From Ophelia neglecta (taxonomy: Eukaryota), in the NCBI GenBank assembly GCA_965285935.1, contig OZ260664.1:45756001-45820000 (forward strand): a DNA stretch of 64,000 nt, read 5' to 3'. The notes under the pieces are model-generated. The model searched no databases. It was not told the origin of the DNA and saw only the letters and a list, made by a program, of their open reading frames with translations. Positions 13,006-28,085 of the stretch are shown piece after piece (position 1 is the first letter of the stretch; every line of letters begins with the position of its first letter). A program made the translations under genes and the position numbers.

Positions 13006-16000
13006 GTCATTTTTTTTCTGCTAACATAGTGGCAATAACAGTGTGGCATCATTAGCAGTACTACTACATGTATATCCCTGCTGAGAGATAGCACTTAATG
13101 CTATTGGGATAGAGCATCTATTTTTACTATATTTGCACTGTCTGTTTATCTCCCTGTATTTTTTCTCCAGGGAAACATCTGATTGGATACTTCTTGTATT
13201 TTAATTATTTATGAAATTATCCCGATAATGTATAATGTATGGAGGTGCAAATGGCTGTGGTAGCAGAAAGGAATGTACTCATGTACATGTAAGCCAGTCT
13301 ATCTTAGTCAGCAGTGCCTCGCTCCTTCAAGGAATCTCTCCGTCTGCTCTTTATTCCTTCTCCAGCACTTAGTTACCTCAGTTCATCTACTGCTAATACT
13401 GCAATCTAAGACCATTAATAAACCTAGCTTTAACCAGAATCCTGTCTGGGTGAGATTCAGTTATCAACATCTCATATAATATCTCCGTCTGTCTGGGATA
13501 GTGTAGAAACATGTACATGTACATATACATGATATATACACATGTAAGTCATCCAAGATAAAATGAGAAGATCAGACTGCTAATCCAGACAGATGATATG
13601 TATACAGTTTAATGTATCATTTTCACTTTGCTGCTAGCTAAAAAGGTCATTTATGACATTTAGTATAGAAAGCTACAGTCTGTGGACAACACACGCGGCC
13701 TCAACATGCTATTACACAGTTCTGATATACACTGAGGACATCGGTCATTTCAGTCAGATTACTCGCAATTATTCAAAACTAGGTCTACTGTGTCCTGCCA
13801 GCACAACCTAGAACAATATTTATTTAGTTTATCTCCTGACCTCTTCTTCTGAAACTCACCATTTTAGCAATATATATGACTTCCTGCATAAAAAAATATT
13901 GGTTCCTTTATCTGAGGTGCTAAGACTTTAGAAAGGTCCTACAAATTTATTTGGCATACTGTCTCCGTTTTGATTTTTTTGGTAGCTTTATCTGTTAAAT
14001 CTATGGCTCAGAAAGGTTTTGTACTTGGCACATTTTTTCTTATAGGGATCTTATTGTGGGCTTCCATTTAGCCTTATGCCTAGAATGTTGTTAGACTGGT
14101 TTTTTTAATGGTTCTTAATAGAATTGTCTTGCAATGCCAATGATTGAAGGTTTCATCCTTTTCTCATCTCAAACCTTGGGGCATACCTGCATCAATCTTT
14201 AATTGCTTCTGTGTTCTTAATGCCAATTTGATATAAAAGAAGATTAAGATGCATATAGGACAGATGCCCGCGTGCTGGCAGATTAAGAACTAGTATGATT
14301 GGCAATGGTTTAATGTATTCAAGTACATAGTCTATCCAGGATTATGGGTAAAATGTGTAGGAAACCTGTAGAAAGGCAACCAACAGATGAATCACACAGC
14401 TGGGAATCAATGATTGAAGATGGTTTGTGATTTGTCAAATTCCACTAGATTCATCATGGTATCTGATTGGCCTTGCTATAAGACAGGGACAGAATACCAA
14501 GCAGTATGGGCTACTGATGTATATGTTCTTGGTCTGGTACTTTACCAACTTCTTTTTCCTTTCAATGGCTTTTTGTTCCTAAATGTAACCCCATGTCTTA
14601 GAATTAGAAAGATTAAAACTGTTCTAACTTGGAACCAATGTGTAAATGCTGAGTGGCCATAACTTGATATTTGTTTTCAATGTTTATTGCCTGTTTGAGA
14701 TGATATTGCCGTCTGCTCAGCCCTGAAAGGCATTATCGGTATGCCATATCTCACATGTTTAACCAATGCCTAGACATGATCCGAGACATCTAGCTCCATC
14801 CTCACCACGTGATAGTTGAAGGTAGATATTTACTACAGCAGCAAAGCCTCCGAGTCCAGTCTCATCATCCAAAAGGGTCAAGAAATGGTATTTTTACGAT
14901 CACATGAGGATAATTCTGTGTGTCATCCCTGCGATATTTTATGAGAGAAGGGAATACTAAGATTGCAGGCAGTCATGTAGGGTCATTTTATTATGTGCCA
15001 GTTACTTTTTCCCCGAGGGGGCCTTTCTTGAAATTATGATGATAGCACTCTGAGAATAATGGTACCTTTGTCATTATTCATGAAATACATAAAATGCCAG
15101 TTCAGAAACAATTTTTATCATCTAAATCCTTCAATAAATTGATTGCTAATTGGATGTTTGAATGCAGTGCTAAAAAACCTGAAAACTGACAAGTGTAGAA
15201 GGTGTCCATTGTTCACATGTTTTATATTGTCTGTAATTTTTCACATTTAAAATATAATTTTTTTCCACCTCATTTGCATCATTTTGTAGTTGCTGAGTTT
15301 AATTTCAATTTAATTCTGATTTAAATGTCCAAAAAGACAATAATTTTATAGATAAAGTGTACATGTATAAGTACATGTACATGTATATGATATTATTAAT
15401 TAATTCTTGTTATATTGCTGATTGGGTCTTTTCATGTACAGCTGTACAGCTAATATGTTATCAAATCAGATTGCCTCTAACCCTTTTTCCTTTCAAGGAA
15501 TACCATAGCTTAAAAAATACTTATGTTTCTACATGGAAGCAATTTCCATGGTATCCAAAACTACTGACGTTGTCCCACCGTAAGGAACGGTATCCTGCAA
15601 TCATGCATATTTTCTCTGCACTAGATTTGAGAGGATAGTTTAAGTTTAAGCATTAATCGCATTTCCATGTACATTATATTTAGTTGACAAAAAAAGGGGA
15701 ATGAATAAGAAATGTAGCCTAATCCATTTATACATGAAATCAGTCATTACCCGTTTTAAGTTAATACAATTCGCACTTGATTTTTAATAAAAAAAAGCCC
15801 TGTTAATAAATAGAATTAAATGATTGAATATGACTTATTCTATCTAATTATAAACGCATAAAAATGATTTTTAATTCCAGAAAAAATTAAATTGACAACA
15901 AGGTTTGGGGTGCGGTTATAGCTGTGAATGCGTATAAATATTGTGCATAAGCTACTAAAATCAAAGGGACATCTTTAAATATTCTGTTTATCTCTTATCA

Positions 16001-16122
16001 GAAATTTTCTATTGTACACTTTTTTTGTTGCCAAAATTACAAAGTTGGGACTGCTGCTATCTACAGAGGTTTTGTGAGATCACGTTCAGCTTGGAAAAAT
16101 TATATTATTTTTGGTTTAAAGT

Positions 16123-16545
16123 CAGTAGTATTATTATACCAGGTAATATAGTCTGATTGTGATATTAGTTATGTTATGTACAGTAGTATTTTACCAGGTA
16201 ATATAGTCTGATTGAGATACGGGTCATGATACAGTAGTATTGTACCAGGTTATATAGTCCATTGAGATACGGGTAATGTTACATTCAGCAGCATTATACC
16301 AGGTAATATAGACTGATTGGGGATATGGGTCATGTTATATACAGTTCTGTAGTATTATACCAGGTGATATAGTCTGATTGAGATATGGGTCGAGTTATAT
16401 ACAGTACTGTAGTATTATACCAGGTAATATTGTCTGATTGAGATATGGGTCATGTTGTTATATACGGTAGTTTTGTACCAGGTGAAATAGTCTGATTGAG
16501 ATACGGGTCATGCTATATAAAGTAGTTTTATACCAGGTAATGCTA
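16123..16545 (+). repeat. ~50-61-bp minisatellite, about 8 copies
   Basis: Unit approximately AGTATTATACCAGGTAATATAGTCTGATTGAGATATGGGTCATGTTATATAC. Confidence 0.92.
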
Positions 16546-19500
16546 GTGAAATAGTTTGATATACTATGAAAATATATCAGTTAAAGTCAGTGTCTTTAAA
16601 CCTCTCACCGCCAAATATTATTCTGGCTTTATACATGGGCGTGTAGCTTTGTATGCCAGTATAGTACAATTTGTATATAGACTGCTGAGTTTAGTTTATA
16701 CCAAAATATTATTAACTTGCTTAAGGGCATTTATTTCAATGAATCGATAGGAAATGTGTTTAGTTACCCATGGAATATTCTCGTAGTTGCTGTTGCAACT
16801 AAGCTTGGGACATTTTCAAGAGCAAAGTCTTAACTGACAAGGTAAAATATTGTTAGGAAAGGGACATGAGCAGTGAAATGTAATTGTGTCAAAAAATTCC
16901 ACAGTTGCAGCGAAAGAGATAAACAAAATGATACTCTTGCATCCAACGGTGTAACATTTATAGTGATTAATAATTTATGTCATGTTTGATATATAAAAGG
17001 TTGAACAATCAACAAAACATTTTGAAAGGATTGTGAGGTAGTTTTGTATCTCCCCTTTTAAGACTTTATATCTCTTTGTGTAATTAGAAGTGGCTAAGAG
17101 TTTGAGCTGGATAGAGCTGGGTGTTTGCCTTCTTTACCATAATGGTTGCCTGAGGTATATCCTATTTGATGTACTCTTCTTGCTGCTGAGCAGGCCAGAT
17201 ATGATAGCCAGTTACATGACAGATTTATTTGCTGGTTTTGCTCGACAGGGCAACCAACATCAGCCATAAGAGATTATCACTGTTTGCCCTCTGTCCTCTG
17301 AGAGGATAACAAACATGGATGAAAGGTTCCAGCAGAGGACCTTGGATGAGTTTGATTTGTGACAGGCAATTCTTATCCCACTCTGAGTAAAATAAAGCCT
17401 TCAAAATTCATACCCAAGTGTGTACATGTGATGAGAGTTTTGTTATTGGGAAGGCAATTACTGGTCTCCTTCCTTCTTGTAACTCAGTGGTTTTCTTCCT
17501 GGAACTAATCTGATCAATATTATCATAAAGGCAAGAGTTTCATAGAATTTCATATTGAAATACCGTATGCCTCTTTTTTTCTTTCAGCAGAGATTTTCCT
17601 TTAATTTTCCTGATCTCTATCAACATTAAGATATAAACAGTTGTCCTTGGGAACTTTAGTTCAGTATTATTGAACAGTCGGTATGAACATTTTGATGAGA
17701 AAGTCCCCTTGTTTAATATGTTATATGTGTTTATTGCACATGTTAATTTTGCTGAACCCTACTGGTAGTATTTGCCTACCTGTGAATTTTACTCAATTTT
17801 ATCCCAATAGGTACATTCTATACATATAAAGTTTATATGGATTTCTTTGATACATGATTTAATCAATTGAGCAGGAGAAACCAGAGAGTTTTTAATGGCC
17901 AGATCTGCAGATCTGACCTGCGGCCTCGCTGGCAGCTGCCATCCTGTTTAATTTTAAGTCAGTATATATCCACAGTCTCCATCACATAAATCTTTTCTTT
18001 GTCCAATTTGTGTTTCTGACAGGTGCCAATTCCACACCATTTGTTGACTGTATAAAGAGCATGGGCTTTAGGCAATTTATCACCTATACTGCTTAATTAG
18101 CCATGATGTACAATACAACTCAGTTTGAAAAGTGTACGCACAAATTGCGCTAATTCTAACCCCTTTCCTGAACCAAGTGGAAAATGCCACATGCCCACGC
18201 TCTGCCTGTAACTACTATTTGCAGTGTGTGATATTAAGATATCATGTATGTGTTTACATGTATTGTGATATGGTCATCAGAACCGGTGTATGTTCATTTA
18301 AAGTGTTTTCTAGCTCTTTCGGTTTAATAGCTGTGTAATAATTACACATTTCACAGTGATATTGATGTCCTGTATGATAGAAATCACAATCTAGATGATA
18401 CTTTGTCTTGGTCAGTAGGCACTTCTCCCACCTAGAAAATACCCCATGTGAATTAGCTGATACTTGGAATGTGCCGACAAGTGTATATGCTTAAAATAGA
18501 ATAACCTGTTATTAGAAAATATGGTCTAATGTGATTAATTTTTCCTAAAGAAACATTTTTACCAAAAACCCTCATTAATGATATAATATTATAAAGTAGG
18601 GCTATAAGTAGTATGGGCAACAATTTAGTTAATCAATTCTTGTTTACTTACTTATCTTATCATTTCGAGATTACAAAGATCCAATTATTCCAAAGGAAAA
18701 AATCAAAGATAAAATAAACCAGTGAAAGTTGGTTTGGCCTATTATGATCTGATTTTTCCATGAACAATTTAGGACTCTCCAGATGCAAAATTTAGAATTT
18801 AGAAAAGCCATATATACATGTGTGGAGGTGGTTGTGATGTGGAGGACCAGTTTGAATCTCCTTAAATCTGGAGAGAAAAGAACTTGAATCAAGGCAGTAA
18901 GAGCTCTGTCTGTCACAATTTGTACGACTATCAGTAGATATAAGCACTCCTCCACGTAGAAACCGGCTGAAGCACTGCCAAGTCCAGTAGGAGAGGCTTA
19001 ATGCTTTTTTTTGTTGCTGTACATGTGTGTCTCTTGTTAGACACTATCTGATAATAAAAATTCTCACAAGTAGGTATTGAAGTGCTCTGAATTGTCTTAA
19101 TTTGAGTACTCTTGGACAGGCTATTTTAGTGAGGCTCAAGAGCAATTACCATAATAGCATCTGCAAACTGGTGGCATTTTTGTATTATTATTTAAGGCTG
19201 CATTTTCAAGGTCAAATTACCAAAATGATGAATTCAACCTTTATTTCAGCAGCTGGAGCCTAGAACTTCATTGGGAAGCTTTTGGAAAACACATTTTTTT
19301 CCATTTTATTAAGTTTTTGGAATTGACCTTGGTGTGCCTTTTCAAGGTCAGATTGCCAAAATCATGAACTCTGGAAATTTTGTATCAGTTAATAGCCTCT
19401 AACTAAATTGAGAGACTGAATAAAAGCTCATGCCTTCCAGCTTATTGAGTTTATGATTTAGTCAGGTGTGAACCTTCCGACACATAACTACTATCCTTCT

Positions 19501-21456
19501 AGGCCTAATAGGAGGGGGGATGCTTTTTAAATGTGTTGTCTATAAACTCTTTACACATGACACCAAGTTTTTATTAAAACCTTACCCATGACAAAATGAT
19601 CTTTAATTCCTATTTTAAAACATGCTGGTAGCCCCCGATAATTGTATTATTTAGTATCCCAATTTTGTGATATTACTCCTATTCAGGTTATCGGTGCAAT
19701 AATTCCAACTACAGGCACAGGTGGATGGGTCTGATGTATTGAAATTGTCACTCTATCCCCCTGGAAATCTTGCACAGGCCTAGGTTTCAGAATGATTGAT
19801 GAAGGAAAACAAAGTGTCTATTCATTTTTTTCAATAAAAATATAGACAGACTTATATATTTAAACAAAGAAGGCACATAAAAACACTACTGGTAGTGTAG
19901 TCTTGATCAGGATAGACAAATGTGTTCCCTGTTGAGTAACACTCACAGACCGGTTGAAAACTTCAAATAGGCAGTTGCAATAAGGCTATTATTGCAGGGC
20001 TGCCAACTGTCTTGGAATTATCAGAAGACTTACACCATTAAAAATTTCTCCTATGAAGAAAAATTTACCGTTAAAACTGCATACCCAATACAAAGTGCCA
20101 CATAAGGCAAAATCTCCTGGGTAGCATAAAATCTCCCAGATATCATTTGAAATGGCAGTGTGTGTCTCGTGGCAACAATAAAACAAATGATTTCTCTCAA
20201 GTCATTTTAAGCTTCAATCTTTTTCCAGATGAAGTACCTCACCAAAATGAGAGTAATTTGATAAGGTACTTCAGTGAAAGCGATGTACACATTATGCATG
20301 GAGGCTAAAGGAAGCTTCACACCTACCAGTACACTGCACAGGTTTTTTTTCCTATTGGCTAGTTCTTGTCAGCTTGGCCCTCAGCCAGAAACCAACACAA
20401 TCCATCTCTCAGTCACATCTATCATTTTTTGATTCCATTGAAACCCCCAGGAGAGGAGTTTTTCAGAATTATGGAGGAGTATGACTTGAACCCTCTCACC
20501 AAACAAATAATTCCAAGCATAATGTTCAAAATTTTCCTGGACGCATACCCCCGGACCCCCTAAGCATACCCCCGGACCCCCGGACCCCACCAGTCTGGAT
20601 GCAAAATTGGACATAGGGATTTTGCCCTTGGCCTAAATAAGTTCAGCCACTGCACATGTAAAACTTACCTACAACAAACAATTTTCATACAGGTGGGCTA
20701 GAACAGGTCAAGGCATCTAGGTATATCATTCAGTTGCAAAGCCCACCATTAATATTATGATTGATGAAAAAGTGATTTTCAAGCATAAAATTTATGATTT
20801 TTTTGTTGTACCCAGGCGACATGTAACATAATTTCTGTCAACTGGTGTTACAACCAACTTATGTGCCCCATAGTCTCTTACATATTGCTGATACAGATGA
20901 TACAATCATTTTCTTACTGCCGGTATTTGACAAAAGATGTACTTATGCAAATATTGTCTTTAATACTGACACATGACACAGGCAAGTCCTTAAATACTGG
21001 CACCCTGAGCCAATATTCTACAAACCCATGTTCACCCCTACCCTTTAAAATGATAGAGTCTGAAGTTGAACTGGAGAGTTCTCAGCAATGAAAGGCCATA
21101 TTTAGCTGCAGACTTTATTGCAACTAATGCAGGAATGGTTGGCAAGCGGCGATGCTGGTTTTTTCCCTTCTGAAGGAGTCTGATTCAGCCTGCCATTAAC
21201 ATGTTGATCACAGAGTTTTAAATGTTCCATGTCAAGAACACCTGACTGGTGCCCACCACTGGTTAACAATACTTCTTTTATTTCACTTTTTACAATGCTA
21301 TAAACTGGAGACATAAAACATGAAAGAAAATCTGTCAGATTCATTACGGTCATCCCATGTACTCATTGCTTTAGTTCTACTTGAAAAACACACAAGGATT
21401 GTTCTTAATATTGCAGGCGCATTAAATTTTATGTACTTTTACAATGTATGTCAATA

Positions 21457-21633
21457 CAGTGGTCCCTGCAATGAAGGAACCATTCAATGAAGGATCTCCC
21501 TCTGCCCACAGGACATTTTTCAAGTCCATGTCCTATCTTTCCTATGTTATTGTCCCTCTGATGAAGGGACACCTGCTACATAGGGACACTTTTGCTTGGA
21601 TTTAGAGGTGTCCCTACATTGCATGGACCACTG
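21457..21633. mobile_element. Tc1/mariner (pogo/Tigger-like) MITE, 177 bp
   Basis: TA|CAGTGGTCCCTGCAATG ... CATTGCATGGACCACTG|TA: 17-bp TIRs with one mismatch, TA target duplication, internal GGACA/TGTCC motifs. Confidence 0.85.
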
Positions 21634-24600
21634 TACTGCAATGCTTAATGAAACCAACTGCCATATATAATGTATTAATTAATCCTCATTGCAATACAAT
21701 TTTTGTATATACATATCAACTTTATTAACTTTCTATTAATCTAAGGTTTTTAAAAAAAGAGGATCCAATATTCTCACATCTATGGACATGAGATTTCCAA
21801 CAGAACAAAATATGAATAATTATATAATAATATTCCATGAAATTTAGAATTTGTTTGACATAAACGGATTGGATGCCTGCAAAGTCTTCACAGAGCAGGG
21901 TGGATTGGCTGTTTGGTTGTCATATCAATGAGACTGGCTGCACACCTCCGTGCTCACAGTGGCAGACTTTTATGAACCAGAACAAGCAACTTGTATGGCT
22001 AGTCTTCTAAAAGCCGCTGCCTAGTGATCCCAGCAGTGAGAAGGTTGAAAATCAATAACAAACTAAAAAGCATTTACTTTAAAAAAATGATGCATTAGTG
22101 ATTTGTCCCTAAGATCAATGTAATCATGGCACAACACTTGGTGGGTTTGCATGGATAGGTTGAAAAGCTCCTTGCAGATGTGGTCGGTCTTATTGACAGA
22201 GTTACACAGAATGCAACCAGATAGACAGACTTCTCCTTCCGGTAACTAATGACACCCAATTGCAGAGATTCCAAAATTCAAAGTGGTTCTGATGTCAAAT
22301 TAGGAAGCTTCTTCAATGTGTTCAGTTGTGCATGTTTTTTGACAGTATACATAATGTGTAACATAAGATGCCTGTGAAAGATGACTACACAAATCATGGC
22401 AAAATAATGCACTTTAATCCAGGAAATGTAAAAACTTCTATTAGCAAAATAAACGGATATTGAAGGTTGGTAATGCTTTACAGAAATACATCTCCCCTGA
22501 GTGGGAATAATTGCCAATTATGATTGATGCTATGGTGTACAGAGGGCATCTGTAAGAAGACTGCAGTCAAATGGGTGTGCTAGATTCTCTCCTTTCTATT
22601 AGCTAGACCCACCCCTCTACGGAAACAATTATCATATGGCGTGATTTGTCTCTCCAAGGCGGACATATCTATCTGTCTTAGAATTAGATTTAAATGCGCA
22701 AATTCCAGATGGTGTAATACAGTTCGTGACATTTCTATAAAATGGGTGGAATAGATACCTTGGCAAATTAAGTATGTCATACCCCGATGGGTATCAATTT
22801 GGCATTCCCAATGAAATCACGTTTCCTTCGTCCTAGTTCAGTGTGTTAAGCTAATAAAATATCTCAACAACAGTTGACAGAGATTCCTTATTTTCAATTG
22901 CAAAACAGGAAAAATTCTGCTCGTTACTATGTTTGGAAGGTGGGGGTGGGTGAGTGGGTGGGTGGGTTTATAATTGTTAGGAAGAGGCCTCAAAAAGATG
23001 TAATGAGGCATGCCTCAGATAATTTAGAGACCTCTATATCTCTTCAGGTGTAATGAAGGTGCCAAGTAGGGACATTACTTTTTAATTATGCTCTAACCAG
23101 ACTTGTGGTACATGTATTGTGGTTGTGGAGCTCTTCAGATCAGGTTTACTCAACATAGAAGTAGACGGTGATTCCTGGCTGTCCTGGGGGCTCACCCAGT
23201 CCACAGCTGACCCGCCTCCCATCGCAGCCTGTCAGTAGCCTGCTAGACCCTAACCAATCACTGTGCCCTGTGGCCTTTCTGTGACTGAGGAGTAATACAA
23301 CTCAATTTGTTTAAACTTGACTGGTCAGGATTAGTTAACCTACAGCAGTCTTTGATTGACCAATGGGAGTTCAGAGACGGGCTCCTTTTAATCCAGGGTC
23401 AAAACATTGTAAAATTAAAAATATGTTTTATGGAGTTTGGTAGGTGTAGTCATTGTATCTAATTTATGAACCAAGGCCAACATTTTTTAATGTGTTGGGT
23501 TTTGAAAGTTGGTACTGAAACTGGCCAAAATGGTAGAAAGAAGTGTTTTAAAACTTAACAGGAAAAGAGGACAAGAAAAAGTACAGGTTCTTGGATCATT
23601 TTATTTGTGATTTTATTTTATTCCAATTTCTGATAAAATTGACTAGGGTGGTGTTGTAAACCAACACATTAAAAACGATGGCCTTAAGGTACATGTATAT
23701 GTACAGGTATATTAGCCTATATGGACAATGCTGTTATTATTATTGTTTGTAAAATATATAGGTTCATGATTTGATTAAATGAATGTTTAATATATAGGAG
23801 AAAAGCAGTTCACCCTAGATATAAGAAAATGTGTCTGTTTGAAAACAAAAACTTTTTACTAAAGTTAATCAAAGGAGGATTTAAACTAAGCAAGGTATAC
23901 CCACTTCAGTGATACCTGGTATATGTTATTCTTATTTATGAACTTTGATGAGACCCATATTGTGTTTGCAAACTAGGTCTAGAGCCCTGGGCAGCTCGTT
24001 CCATGAACGGCTGGGATGATGCTCTGTTTCTGCTGAAGCTGATTAGTTTCAATGCATGATTACACACTGGCAATAAATTACGACTGATTCTCCGTACACG
24101 TTTGCCAACTTAGGCAAAACAGTCACCGTCCCGTTAACTAACTCTGACTGGAAATTGCTCCCCCCGTGTGTCAGAATTATTAGGCAATTCAAGAAATGCA
24201 GTGTTATTGGCCGAGCAATGCCACCTACAGGCTGATTTATCAAATTGGATATAGATTTAGTCACTTTATAGCCAACTCTTTACAATATATGAATTGGAAA
24301 CTTTTGCCTGAACTGTTTTCTGGAAATTGCCTCAAAATGAGAATGAATGTGATCTGTCCAGAGCAGTTAGCCACAGTCCAAATCATCAATAATCATCTCG
24401 TTTTCCTCGTAGACAAATTGCCTTCTGAGAGTAGAAGGTTTGTTAGCTGTTATACTACTGGGGGCTTGTGACCATCATTTGTTTTCATCTCTGAATTAAG
24501 AAATTTCAATTATATTCAAGTTATTCTATGGAAGTTGTTTGCATGTCAATTTTCAGCCTTTTGTATCATTTTTCACAGTTACTCCTGTGTTCTCTTTTTT

Positions 24601-25269
24601 GTTAAAAGAAATGCTGCATTTTTTTTCATCATTTGCAGCTTGCTAGAAGAAACATGATTAAACTTTACACTGAATGTGAAGTTATTTAGCTCAATAAATA
24701 TACACTTAACTGAGTTTGGGCATAAATGGGACACTACTAACATGTAAAAAAAAAACATGGAATCCCCAGTTACTCCCATTGGACAAAGGAGGCAATCATC
24801 TGTGATCATCTCCATCCAGCAGGGCAGGTTCAGCAATGTCTTCTGACACTCTAAACTTTGTAATTTATCTGCCCACGACTCGCACAGTAGTTTGTGGCAG
24901 GGCTGCTTGGACGTTATTCTCAGACACTGTACATAAACTTGGTATGGGCACATTCATAAAAATGCTGCAGCAAGGAGAAATTTGTTTTTACAAGGAGCAT
25001 CATTGGTATTCCAATAAACCCAAGCTCAAACTGAGATGTTATTTTAAGTTGCTGTGTAAAGTGACATTAACTTCATTGGTTTCTTGACAAATCTCTGTCT
25101 GACTGGGGTTGCCTGGTAAGAGAAATGTGTCCACACTGTTCTTTGTTACTCATTTGAATTGTTTGAGCTAAGAAAAGTCCATTGGAAACCAGCAACCAGA
25201 CAATAGGAATGTATAATTACACTGAGGCTGTGCGTTGTCCTCTAGTTTAGTGCTTTGCCTTCTTTGACA

Positions 25270-25675
25270 GAGACATGGCTTTGAGGCATGTCTTCTCTGA
25301 AGGAGTCATGGCTTTGAGGCATGTCTTCTCTGAAGGAGTCATGGCTTTCAGGCATGTCTTCTCTGAAGGAGTCATGGCTTTGAGGGATGTCTTCTCTGAA
25401 GGATTCATGGCTTTCAGGCGTGTCTTCTGTAAAAGTCATGGTTTTGTGGCATGTCGTCTTTGAAGAGTCATGGCTTTGAGGCATGTCTTCTCTGAAGGAT
25501 TCAGGGCTTTGAGGCATGTCTTCTGTAAAAGTCATTGTGTTGTGGCATGTCTTTTTTGAAAGAATCATGGCTTTGACGCATGTCTTCTCTGAAGAGACAT
25601 GGTGTTGAGACATCTTTTCTGATAGTCATGGTTTTGAGTAATGTCTTCGTTGAGAGTCATGGTTTTGAGGCATTT
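25270..25675 (+). repeat. 33-bp minisatellite, about 12 copies
   Basis: Unit GTCATGGCTTTGAGGCATGTCTTCTCTGAAGGA; a length divisible by 3 produces the EDMPQSHDSFR ORF. Confidence 0.93.
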
Positions 25676-26822
25676 CTGTATTGATTTTAATCATTCATGA
25701 ATGATATAATTATATAGCTCTAACGTTTTAAAAACCAAATTTAATACCCATATATTAAAATACTTTTGTCCACAACTTTGTAACACAGCCCATTTGCTGT
25801 CAATATTGACAGTTGCTTTTCTAACATTTTTGAACACCTTCTGCTCAATTGGTAATAATTTATGCCGCTAATAAAGTAAGTCTTTACCTCAGTTGAAATT
25901 GTAATGGACACGAATCTGGACATTATCTTTCTTAACATATTGCATTCTGGTAAATAATATTAAGATTAGTTATATTGCCAGTATGGCTGCCATGGAACAG
26001 CTGTAGAACCAGCTTAATGGCAGCTTATCTTTTTATCAAATAAAGATTCTCCTGTTAAACAGACCATTAAGAACATGTTGTCCTGTTACCAAAAGAATCT
26101 TGAATTAAAAAAATATGTCTTTATTTTAAAAATATACTGGTCACTTGTATTTTTTAAGAAAGATGTTATAGTTTGTATGCCATTGTTGACTGACAAAATT
26201 GAACATAAAAGTTTCTCTTCATTTTATTTTATTTTATTCATTATGACTAGGCTTTTTGTTTTTGGCATACTTTGTAAACAAAGTGGAGTTTACATAATAT
26301 TACATAGTATTTTTTGGCAACCTCCCAGTTAATACCATACTACAATTGTCATGTGTTTCTGAAATGTGCATCTTAAATGAAAGCTTATTTTTTGCCATTA
26401 AGTGTCCTTTCCAATTCCATATACATTGTCATTTTTACTCAGGCCACTAAGATGAAAGATTCAATGTTAGGACAGACCATGGATATACTAGTACCGTGAT
26501 CCCTTTTGATTTATAACCTTTTTAAGATAGTAAATCATTGCTGTAGACTTGAGTATAATTTATATCCCCCGGTTGTCTCTACTTCAGGATGTCCTTGTTT
26601 TCTTGCCAGCTCCATTGTAGACAGGAGATGTGTTATTTTTGAAAAAACTTCCTTTGCCTGATGAACCAAGATGACTTGAAGGAGAAGCCATTTAAGTAAT
26701 CTGAAGGAAATAATTAATCTCTGCCACACTCAGTGTGCCTGAGAAGAAAATGTGGCTTGGAAAGTCAGATAGTTGAGAGTAAGATAAATTAAGAATATAA
26801 CAAGAAATTAAATTGAATGTGA

Positions 26823-27138
26823 TGGTATATATAAATCATATTATAAAAAGGGCCCCTACCTCACTATTGTACCAGGCTAGTTGTACTCACATTAAACACA
26901 ACTAGACCAGTAGTCTTCATTTGTCTTGAGTTGTATTCACATTAAACACAACTAGACCAGTAGTCTTCATTTGTCTTGAGTTGTATTCACATTAAACACA
27001 ACTAGAGCAGCAGGTATATATATATATCATAATATAAAAAGGGCCCCCACCTATCTTAGTTGTACTCACATTAAACACAACTAGACAGGAATCTAATTCT
27101 GGATTGATTTGTACCCATATTAAACACAACTAGACCAG
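26823..27138 (+). repeat. Local duplications of a hairpin-forming module
   Basis: Five copies of TTGTA(C/T)TCACATTAAACACAACTAGA (the last diverged); GGTATATATA...TATAAAAAGGGCCCC occurs twice. Confidence 0.85.
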
Positions 27139-27904
27139 TGATGCAGGCAGAGGGACAGAGGGCAGACAACTTATTTTACAGTGAGGGTATCAAAAGCAGT
27201 TGCCCATAAATAGGCATTGCTAAGTTCAAAGCCTTCAGCTTGTACAACACTGCCCTCCCCCCCCCCCCCTCAAAAAATAAAGCTCCTTGATTGGTACAGT
27301 GGCCTTTGCAATACAAATTATTGACAGCTGTGATTTTCCCCTATTGCAAGGTCAAAGAAATTCCTCCTGACGAGTGATATTTGGCTAGTTTTCCACTGCT
27401 GCTACCGTGAAAACCAAGTTTTTCAAGATGATTAATTCACTGACAGACCAGGATTATTGTGACATTGATCAGTGTGTTGCTTTCAGAATGCACCCTCTGC
27501 TGTTTAATTAAGTGACTTAGCTTTCCATGTACATATTGCATATGAAGGTAATACTTTTAGACTAACATGTACATATGATGCTACCAATGGGGATAAAAAA
27601 AGTTTTATAGCTGGCATATATACTATTGTGGGCTCACTTTGCTTAAAGAAACAGACATGAATGACAAGCCCTCTCCTCTTAAATGGGAATGAAAAAACAG
27701 TGAAATTTCAGTCTTAAATGGTACAGGGTTCGATCAATGTTGTTGAAATTTTCTATTTAAATTCTGATAAAGTTTAGGAAATGATATTTGTACATTTGTA
27801 CCATATTTATGGCTTTGATATTGTTTTTTTCAAAAACAGAACACAACAAATCCCTACTAGCGATAAGTCAGCCCACAAAAATAATTGTGAAGACCTTGTT
27901 GACT

Positions 27905-28085
27905 CAATAAACCCCCATCCCCTTTGAAATCAAACCCATAAATAAACCCAAATAAGCCCACATTCTCTTTTTGAAACCCTTAAATAAACCCCCATCCTCT
28001 TATTAACCCCCATAAAAAAAACCCAGATAAACCCCATCCCTTTATAAACCCCTATAAATAAACCCCAATAAACCACCATTCCCTT
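27905..28085 (+). repeat. ATAAACCCC-based low-complexity repeat
   Basis: About ten (AT)AAACCC motifs within 180 bp. Confidence 0.75.

Noticed and set aside
13229-13511. Solo LTR (TG...CA ends with internal AATAAA)
   Set aside because: No target-site duplication and no second copy found.
20545-20652. CCCCCGGACCCC motifs ending near CAGCCACTG, as a complete MITE
   Set aside because: Probably a repeat remnant, but no matching left terminus or TSD was found.
5431-23050. Recursive splice sites in the giant intron (YAG|GT near 5439, 8936, 17810, 18023, 23048)
   Set aside because: The regenerated donors (GTGCTA, GTGGGG, GTACAT, GTGCCA, GTGTAA) are weak and at chance frequency.
25242-25613. 123-aa ORF with EDMPQSHDSFR repeats
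   Set aside because: Product of a 33-bp unit that is also open on the other strand; no exon context.
27905-28085. Interstitial telomeric repeat
   Set aside because: The motif is ATAAACCCC with irregular spacing, not (CCCTAA)n.
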